DNA of 64,000 nucleotides, from positions 106,563 through 170,562 of IMG/VR virus record IMGVR_UViG_3300042923_000502; one strand, given 5' to 3'. The DNA comes from a virus. Positions 57,173 to 64,000 of the stretch are shown piece by piece (the first letter of the stretch is position 1; each line of letters starts with the position of its first letter). Below the pieces are notes generated by a model that saw only the letters and a program-made list of their open reading frames with translations, was not told the DNA's origin and did no database searches. A program made the translations under genes and the position numbers.

Positions 57173-58116
57173 TCCCCATTTAAAAAATTGCTGCCGCTAT
57201 TTCTAACGTCAGTTCTAATGCGCTTTAACACTCCATAATCATAAGCAACTTTGCCTTTACTTGTTTCCATTGTAAGATTGTCAATGTCAAACAATATCCA
57301 AGAACGTTCTTTCAATATGTTTTTTGCTTCTTCAAACATTGAAATAATCTTCTCTTTAGTTGGCAATACATCACCAGTACTAATGATTCTTATTTCTTTC
57401 CACCCTTTACGATAAAGAACGTATCTTCTCTTCTTGCCCATTTCTTCAAACTCTTCTTCTGTCATTTCTCCTAATTTAACTTTTAACCCATGACCACTTC
57501 CATCATATTCGATATAAATTTTGTCACTAATAAAAGCAATGTCAAGCTGAATATCTTTTATAGGATAATTCAACTCACCTCCAAGTACCTCATGCAATAA
57601 TTTTTGTTGCAATGAAGTTGGAGCGGTTTGATTCTCAAACATTGTACGCATAGACTTAGCCTTTATCTCTTTGTTTGCAAGAACGCATTCAACTCCGTAT
57701 TTCTCTAGATTGGTTTTAGCAATTTTAGCTTTCATACACTCTCTGCAATCGTGACCTTTTTTAAAGGTATCAGGAGACATTGAGTGAGGATTTCCACAGG
57801 AACAAATGTAATCAACCTTTTGCCTAACTCCTTTGTATTCACTTTCAAGAGTTAAAAGTTTGCATCCTCTTTCTTCGAACATTTTATGTATATCCGAATA
57901 AGGAACCTTTCTTTTCTTTCCCATTTCCATTGATCCACATTTTCTGCATCCGTTTCCACCATTATAAAAACTTTCGAATACAAAAGAATTTTCATGACCT
58001 TTGGGACAAATTGAATCCAATTTTTCCTTTGTTCCAATATATTTAGTAGAAACAAGTGTGTATCCTCTGCTTTCAAATACTTCTTTGACAAATTCATACG
58101 TGAATTTTCTTGGCAA
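57169..58116 (-). CDS. Putative homing endonuclease (zinc-finger repeats plus Vsr/DUF559-like nuclease)
   Basis: Two C..GH/CSCG..CxxC repeats, TNLEKYGV, LDIA..IYIEYDGSGH, GWKEIRI. Confidence 0.8.
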   Translation of the reverse strand: MPRKFTYEFVKEVFESRGYTLVSTKYIGTKEKLDSICPKGHENSFVFESFYNGGNGCRKCGSMEMGKKRKVPYSDIHKMFEERGCKLLTLESEYKGVRQKVDYICSCGNPHSMSPDTFKKGHDCRECMKAKIAKTNLEKYGVECVLANKEIKAKSMRTMFENQTAPTSLQQKLLHEVLGGELNYPIKDIQLDIAFISDKIYIEYDGSGHGLKVKLGEMTEEEFEEMGKKRRYVLYRKGWKEIRIISTGDVLPTKEKIISMFEEAKNILKERSWILFDIDNLTMETSKGKVAYDYGVLKRIRTDVRNSGSNFLNGE

Positions 58117-58142
58117 ATTATAGCACCTCCACAATTAAAAAG

Positions 58143-58201
58143 AAAAAAGACAGAGAAATTTCCTCTGTCTTTATTATATCTTATATTCGTCTATTTGTCA
58201 A
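58143..58201 (-). promoter_or_regulatory. sigmaA promoter whose predicted start lies inside a terminator hairpin
   Basis: TTGACA(58201)-17-TATAAT(58178), abutting aaagacagag..ctctgtctttttt. Confidence 0.7.
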
Positions 58202-58209
58202 GTGCTAAA

Positions 58210-58950
58210 TTAGTACTTGATCATGCGATACATTTCAGTGTCGCTAGTTCTACGATAAATCTCAAGGTTCATATCAAACACTGTGGGGTCCCCGTCTGCT
58301 TGGAATGTGAACGTGAAACCAGGTTGAATCTTAGCTTTGTCGATGATGATCTGGAACGCTTCATCAAGACCAGTATCAGCATTACGAATTACTGTATCTC
58401 CAACAACTTTTACATAACCAGGGAATTTATCCGCAGAAATGGTAATTGTTTGAGCAGTTGCATCCGTAGCGAATTGGTAGTAAACAGCTACTTGAGTACC
58501 AACAGCAACATCAGTATCATTAAATGTAATGTCTCCTGTAGCAAGTGTACCATTTACTGGAGTAGTGTCATCATTGATTTTGAATACTGTAAACGAACCA
58601 GCCAAAGGTGTCTTAGCTGGAGTTACTTTAGATTTGCCAGTAGCACCAACAACAGCAGTCAACACTTCACGCTTATGTACATTTGCAACTCCAGTCTTAA
58701 CTTCGTTACCAGTCATAAGAGCGATAGACTTAGTTGACATAAGAGCATCTTGCATTTGAACAGTACCTTCACGGTTGTAGTCCCATGATAAAAGTTTTGG
58801 ATTACCTTTACCACCTCTTGCATAAGCACTTTCTGCAGTATTCTCGATGGTAGTCATCTTGAGAGTGTCCAAGAACAGAATTGGCTTATTGGTAGTCAAA
58901 TCGTAAAACGTGATATCTGCTACCTCTTTAACGCCATATTTATTTGCCAT
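58210..58950 (-). CDS. Major tail tube protein
   Basis: YGVKEVAD, ARGGKGNPKL..WD, ADGDP..FD. Confidence 0.8.
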   Translation of the reverse strand: MANKYGVKEVADITFYDLTTNKPILFLDTLKMTTIENTAESAYARGGKGNPKLLSWDYNREGTVQMQDALMSTKSIALMTGNEVKTGVANVHKREVLTAVVGATGKSKVTPAKTPLAGSFTVFKINDDTTPVNGTLATGDITFNDTDVAVGTQVAVYYQFATDATAQTITISADKFPGYVKVVGDTVIRNADTGLDEAFQIIIDKAKIQPGFTFTFQADGDPTVFDMNLEIYRRTSDTEMYRMIKY

Positions 58951-59008
58951 TTTAATATTTCCTCCTTATTATTTGTAAAGATATGTAATGGGCTTTCACC
59001 CAATTAAC

Positions 59009-59800
59009 CTACTCTATTTTTGCTGACCAGTGTTTAAGATCATTGATCTTAGCACCTTGTATCATTGCGGCAATATTTATATCATAACTAGAAATTGCTT
59101 CAAGTCTCTTGTATTCATCGTACAATTGATAAATTGTAGCATCCCATATGTTATTCCTATTGTAATTATTGCTTTTAGTGCTTACTGCACTTATTACATC
59201 TGCAAAATCCGTATTTGAACCACTATCCGTCTTTGCACTTGCAGATGCTTTAGCTTGCTCAACCATCTCTTTGCCTTTTTTAATCTTTTCAAGTATCCTT
59301 CTAGCCTTTTCATCAGCAGGATTCATAGGTGTTTTATCTATGTACTTTTGACTAGGATCAGAAAGGCAATTTTGATATTTGATAATTTGAATAAAATCTA
59401 AGAAGTTATTTGCATTTACTACATTGCAATCTTCTGGATTTTTATTTGTATCCATTCCACCAAATACAAAACCAAGAGTTTCATGAACAAGAACGTCTTC
59501 TACTTTCTCTCCTAAGAAAGCACACATTGCTTCTGAGAATGAATTGATAAGAAAACTATTACCTGACTTTAGTATTATTTCTCCAAGTGACATTCCATCA
59601 TAAATTGGATCATCTTTAGTCACGCTCTTTTTATCAAGCGTTAAAATGCTAAGATATCTATTGTAATTTGAAAAACCCATTTCCATAATTTTTTTAATTG
59701 TAAGAGGTTTAACAATTAATCTTTCACTTGTTAAGCTACCTCCATACAATAGATTCATTTTAAGGTCTATTTCACTTTCAATATCTCTTACATCTAGCAT
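59009..59800 (-). CDS. Conserved tail-module protein (chaperone-like)
   Basis: IWDATIYQLYD..RL..GA..HW C-terminus; position. Confidence 0.65.
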   Translation of the reverse strand: MLDVRDIESEIDLKMNLLYGGSLTSERLIVKPLTIKKIMEMGFSNYNRYLSILTLDKKSVTKDDPIYDGMSLGEIILKSGNSFLINSFSEAMCAFLGEKVEDVLVHETLGFVFGGMDTNKNPEDCNVVNANNFLDFIQIIKYQNCLSDPSQKYIDKTPMNPADEKARRILEKIKKGKEMVEQAKASASAKTDSGSNTDFADVISAVSTKSNNYNRNNIWDATIYQLYDEYKRLEAISSYDINIAAMIQGAKINDLKHWSAKIE

Positions 59801-60291
59801 TATGCACCAAACAATGTAACACTTGATTCTAATCGAATAGCATCAAATATAGTATTGATATGTAAGTGAGCAAAGTTAACGAATTCTACTCTACCAAGTG
59901 TACTTATGCTTTTCTTATTGTGGAAATGGTCTGTCAAGCATTTCATTATCATATATGGTCTAATTGCCGATTTTTCATCGTTAATCAACCAATATTTTTT
60001 AGCACATACAATGTCAAAATTAACGTAAGTTTCTAGTGAAGCTGATCCTTTTGCAAACTGACCTTCTGGATAATAAATTCTTAATTCTACCGAATCCTCT
60101 TCTTCTGTAGTTGGATCAAAAGGATAAGGATGAATTTTATTTAATACCAAGCTAGTAGCTGGAAGAGTGAGGTCTGGTTGTGACAATGGATTCTTTTGAT
60201 TGTATTTTAGATATTTACAAAGATTTTGAATTTCTATAACCTCATTAATGAGAATAGTCAAATTGTCTGACAATAACTCAATATTTACCAT
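59800..60291 (-). CDS. Putative tail terminator
   Basis: Size and position; LCKYL.Y..NPL, FDIVC, RPY. Confidence 0.55.
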   Translation of the reverse strand: MVNIELLSDNLTILINEVIEIQNLCKYLKYNQKNPLSQPDLTLPATSLVLNKIHPYPFDPTTEEEDSVELRIYYPEGQFAKGSASLETYVNFDIVCAKKYWLINDEKSAIRPYMIMKCLTDHFHNKKSISTLGRVEFVNFAHLHINTIFDAIRLESSVTLFGA

Positions 60292-61001
60292 AGAACATTG
60301 TCCTCCCTTTCTTCTTCTACTTTTATTCCTTGCTCACTAAGATAAATTGTTGTATTATCTGCAATTCTATTCACAAAGTCATCTTTATCTGTCTTTGTCG
60401 TTATTTTACATGAGAATTGAATAATTCCAACTCTATTTTCATCTATCATGGTCAAGTCATCTGTTCCAGATATTTCATATACTCTATCTCCAAATATAAA
60501 TCTTTGTGAAGTTCTAACATCTTTAGTAACCTCATTATATGGAAGATAAGCGTATATACCAGCTTGTAACATTTGAACTTGCATTCTATCGCTTGCAATG
60601 TCAAACTTTGTATTACGTGTTGCAGTTGCCAATGTTGGATACTTGTGAATCACTCCATTTGCATCTTCCCATGACATCATTTCATTACAAGCTTGAATGG
60701 TAGCTTTCGGGGAAATACCTTCACCATTAAAGTCAAATACCATCCAATAACGTGAATCAATTTCAACATAGTCACCTATATTAAGTGTAGACTTAGGACG
60801 CAATAAAAGGTATTTTATTATACCAGTAGAACCATCTAACAACCTTGCGTCCACATCTGCACCATTGACTTTTACTACTTTGAATGTTGGCGAATTTGTG
60901 AATTCTCTATTTGCCAATTCGAATGTAGCATTTAAAATAGAGTCGGATTCATTGATGCCTTGTTTAGACATTCTATTTCTAAATCCATCACTAAAACTCA
61001 T
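60285..61001 (-). CDS. Putative head closure protein
   Basis: Position; GDYV..W, CN..W, QRFIF. Confidence 0.55.
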   Translation of the reverse strand: MSFSDGFRNRMSKQGINESDSILNATFELANREFTNSPTFKVVKVNGADVDARLLDGSTGIIKYLLLRPKSTLNIGDYVEIDSRYWMVFDFNGEGISPKATIQACNEMMSWEDANGVIHKYPTLATATRNTKFDIASDRMQVQMLQAGIYAYLPYNEVTKDVRTSQRFIFGDRVYEISGTDDLTMIDENRVGIIQFSCKITTKTDKDDFVNRIADNTTIYLSEQGIKVEEEREDNVLW

Positions 61002-61002
61002 A

Positions 61003-61338
61003 TTATTCACCACTTTCAACTGTGGGCTTTAACTGCTTTATAATTTCAATTGATCTGAAAACTTCTCTTTTGATAATTGCTTGACTATACTCGTCATTAA
61101 TTGCGATTTCATCACAAATTGACTCTAACGTTGCAAGCAATGACAAGTAGTTTCCATTAGCTTGTATCTCTTCAATAGTCCAATAAAGTCCATTCATTTC
61201 AAACATAAGAGATTCAACGTATGATTGTAATCCTTCATTACTTTCCTCAAACAATGGAAGAATCTTAAAGAATCTAGGGATAAGTAACTCAGTGAAATTA
61301 GCGAATATTGCACTGTTCATGGCTAAACTCTTTTTCAT
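61003..61338 (-). CDS. Conserved hypothetical protein of the head-tail module
   Basis: FKILPLFEE, KREVF. Confidence 0.7.
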   Translation of the reverse strand: MKKSLAMNSAIFANFTELLIPRFFKILPLFEESNEGLQSYVESLMFEMNGLYWTIEEIQANGNYLSLLATLESICDEIAINDEYSQAIIKREVFRSIEIIKQLKPTVESGE

Positions 61339-61763
61339 GACAATTTATCCAAGTCTGCACCACGATAAGAATATTTTACAATTAACTTATCTGCTTCCGA
61401 CTTCATTGATTTGTAGATATTCATTATTTCTTTAATATGATTTGCTTGTGAGTAGATTTTATAATCACTATCCGACATAGCCAATTTATAATTTTCGCTT
61501 GTAATTATTCTTGGTTTTAAGTAAGATACAACCATAAGTCTTGCAAGAATATCTTTTTCTTTGTCACTCAAATCTTCGTCAAATTGTCTAAGAATTTCAT
61601 CTCTTTTTGACAAATCAACTTTGCTGACATCAAAATCTGCAATAGCTGTTTTTAGATATATTAACAAATCTTCTTCAATCTCTTCATCTGTCAATTTTAA
61701 AAACGAATAGTCGCTTATCTTAGAAAGGAAGAATTCGTATACATCTGTGTAAGGAGTAGCCAT
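61335..61763 (-). CDS. Putative head-tail adaptor
   Basis: TPY.DVY..FL.KI.DY, F..DL...E..IL, YSQAN. Confidence 0.65.
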   Translation of the reverse strand: MATPYTDVYEFFLSKISDYSFLKLTDEEIEEDLLIYLKTAIADFDVSKVDLSKRDEILRQFDEDLSDKEKDILARLMVVSYLKPRIITSENYKLAMSDSDYKIYSQANHIKEIMNIYKSMKSEADKLIVKYSYRGADLDKLS

Positions 61764-61775
61764 TTAAATCACCCC

Positions 61776-62321
61776 TTAGTCTAACAACAGATTGAGATCA
61801 ATATTTAATTCTTGGTTAAGAACTCTGATTAAACGAATGTCATTAAGTTCTTCATTAGTGATCATTGCTCTTGCTTTGTCCGTAATCAAATCTTTAATTC
61901 CTCTTGGAGCTTTTTGGATATCTGCTCTAAGTTTATTTAGATCAGTATTAACAATGTAATATTCCAAATCATCTAAAGGAACAATGTTTTCATAAATAGG
62001 TCTAAGTCCAAGATAATCAACTACATCTTCGTCTTCAATAATGATCCAAGGCTTAGTCAAGAATGATTTTTGCTGAGATTTCATTGTCATCAATTCTTCA
62101 ACAGTAAGATATTGAATAGTTCCATATTCGTCCCATTCAACCGTCATATTTGTTCTACGTGAAGTGTAAATAAGTTCACCACTAACTACAGAACGACATA
62201 CTACTTCTTCATCTTTATCAATCTTTTTACGCTTTGGAGCTGCATTAGTTGTTGCAGTAGTAGACACCTCTTTAACTTCAACTTCTTCTTTCTTGTCTAC
62301 ACCTTTATTATAATTTGCCAT
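61776..62321 (-). CDS. Conserved hypothetical protein after the capsid gene
   Basis: ORF with aggagg RBS. Confidence 0.75.
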   Translation of the reverse strand: MANYNKGVDKKEEVEVKEVSTTATTNAAPKRKKIDKDEEVVCRSVVSGELIYTSRRTNMTVEWDEYGTIQYLTVEELMTMKSQQKSFLTKPWIIIEDEDVVDYLGLRPIYENIVPLDDLEYYIVNTDLNKLRADIQKAPRGIKDLITDKARAMITNEELNDIRLIRVLNQELNIDLNLLLD

Positions 62322-62358
62322 TTTTATTTCCTCCTTGTATTCTTATTTATTTTTTAAA

Positions 62359-62390
62359 TTAGGTGTAGAGGATTTCTCCCCTACACCTAA
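62359..62390 (-). terminator. Terminator-like hairpin after the major capsid gene
   Basis: ttaggtgtagggg / cctctacacctaa. Confidence 0.65.
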
Positions 62391-62396
62391 CGTCAA

Positions 62397-63401
62397 TTAC
62401 GCCAGTGTATACTCACCATAAGCATTGTTGAACACTACTGCAATACCATAACGAGTAATGAAGGTGTGTTCCATGCTCATGTCCATAGCGCCTTCTGTTC
62501 TTTCTTCGATGATAGAATCACCTTCACGAACAACCTTGATTGGCTTAACATTTGCAGGAAGAACCAGCAATTTAGTGTCATCAAGAGAGAATGTGAATGT
62601 ATTAGGCACAAACACTTGAGGAATCTCAAGCAACTGGCAATTCTCATAAACGCTAAGAATACCATTTTGGTTCAGTCTATTCTTCATGTCATCACTCACA
62701 AGGAATGATTGAGCAGAGTAAGAAGCACCAATTTTCTTCAATGCGTTACGAGTACCAGCGATGATTACAGGTGCATAACCATTAGCTACGCTTACGTGTT
62801 GGATAAGATCACTGATCTTAGCATCATCGAAAGTACCTGTTTTCTTGAATTCTGCTGGAAGATACTGAGAAGCACCCATGAATGAAGCGTAGATATCAGC
62901 AGCCATTTTAAGACGCATAGCTTCGTCAATCTTAGCAACAAGACCAGCCCAATCAAGGCGACCAGTGATAAACCGTAAGAAGTCACCATACACTTTAGCA
63001 CCGTAAACTTTAGTTGTGACACTGAACGATTCCCCAATGTTCAATTTCTGTCTACGAAGGTTCAAGTGACCATCGGCAATTTCACTGATTGTCAATACGG
63101 AACGATCTTCAACATAGAACAGGTTTTCATCACCAAGATTGATATTCCGATATTCTACGAATTGGTTGAAGAATTCTGTCTGTGTAACTCCATTTGTATT
63201 GATAAGATCATCAAGTACTACCTCTAAGATTTCGAAAATCTCAGGCTTAAACTTACGATATGTACGATAATCAATTTTATCTGATCCAATCATTTCTACG
63301 AACTGTGCGCGAATAGCATCTGATGCGGTAGCGACAGTAAAATTAGTTCCCACGTTGCCGCGAGCTGCGTCGATGCACAATTTTACAAGATTTTTATTCA
63401 T
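62397..63401 (-). CDS. Major capsid protein
   Basis: 334 aa; IFEILE, FVEYRN..LGD..F, RRQKL, IAGT..AL; strong RBS and downstream terminator. Confidence 0.8.
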   Translation of the reverse strand: MNKNLVKLCIDAARGNVGTNFTVATASDAIRAQFVEMIGSDKIDYRTYRKFKPEIFEILEVVLDDLINTNGVTQTEFFNQFVEYRNINLGDENLFYVEDRSVLTISEIADGHLNLRRQKLNIGESFSVTTKVYGAKVYGDFLRFITGRLDWAGLVAKIDEAMRLKMAADIYASFMGASQYLPAEFKKTGTFDDAKISDLIQHVSVANGYAPVIIAGTRNALKKIGASYSAQSFLVSDDMKNRLNQNGILSVYENCQLLEIPQVFVPNTFTFSLDDTKLLVLPANVKPIKVVREGDSIIEERTEGAMDMSMEHTFITRYGIAVVFNNAYGEYTLA

Positions 63402-63430
63402 TTATTATAAACCTCCTATTTATATTTTGA

Positions 63431-63963
63431 TTAGTTCTTAACTACTTCGATAACAACATATTTGTTGATACGTGCAATTGCACCATTTTGACCAACAACT
63501 GTGCTTGTTCCGAGAGTTTCAACTTCGATGATTTTACCAACAAATGCTTCTGTAGTAACGGAAGCGGCTTCTTTAAGCTTGAATCCTGCCTGAGCAACAA
63601 CATAGTTACCAACTACTGGGTTAGCACCAAGAAGTGTTAAACCGTCAACAGTTACGCTAAAGATGTCTCCGCGTTCCAAGTGATAAGCACGAACAGCTTT
63701 ACCAGCTTCATTTGTGAAATTTTCAAGAGCATTGTTAGTCTTTACATACTCGCTCTTTACAATTTCTGGAGCTGCGATAAGTACAAGCGCACCTGCACCC
63801 GCTGTTGGTTGAACCGCTGTACGAAGGTCACGATTACCATCTTTAAGTCCACCCACTTGTGCTACCCATCCATTTTGAAGTTCAGCATTGTGAACTATGG
63901 ATTCGATGTGACCATTATAAATTGATTTACTCTGTCTAAACGAACAATTGATTTTCCTGCCAT
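63431..63963 (-). pseudogene. Head decoration-like gene with an apparent 1-nt frameshift near 63927
   Basis: RBS and ATG at 63963 give MAGKSIVRLDRV, then the frame shifts into SIYNGHIESIVHNAELQNG, continuous with ORF 63431..63856. Confidence 0.6.
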
Positions 63964-64000
63964 TTCTTTTTTCCTCCTTGAAATTAATTGATTTGTTTCT

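Noticed and set aside
3985-58201. Repeated motif as CRISPR repeats or an array
   Set aside because: Copies are dispersed kilobases apart at gene boundaries, with no spacer periodicity and no cas genes

Overview
AT-rich 64-kb segment of a large Firmicutes siphophage or prophage with SPbeta/c-st-like gene order. The host may be Paenibacillaceae (inferred from a stalk-domain moron). Left arm (+ strand, 1-26.1 kb) is DNA and nucleotide metabolism: the 3' part of nrdE, interrupted by a group I intron carrying an HNH endonuclease, then nrdF, dUTPase, thioredoxin, thyA, DHFR, an HD alarmone-hydrolase-like gene, an NAD+ salvage operon (NAMPT, NMNAT, Nudix), DnaE, ClpP, HD nucleotidase, guanylate kinase and RusA, with many small acidic hypothetical genes. 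Right arm (- strand, 26.2-64 kb) is the late region: lysis cassette, several tail-fibre/adhesin genes, Tal, Dit, a tape measure with an SLT domain, a tyrosine recombinase, tail tube, head-tail genes and major capsid. The arms converge on a bidirectional terminator near 26170. Main non-coding signals: an asymmetric 17-bp motif (CAARTNNNAGATAAAAT) with about 14 copies, all co-oriented with transcription and mostly overlapping sigmaA promoters; two palindromes with identical arms (ATAGATAAAA-N6-TTTTATCTAT); a structured RNA candidate upstream of dut; and promoter-terminator pairs, one of them directly ahead of the lysis genes. All calls come from reading motifs by eye; no database searches were run.
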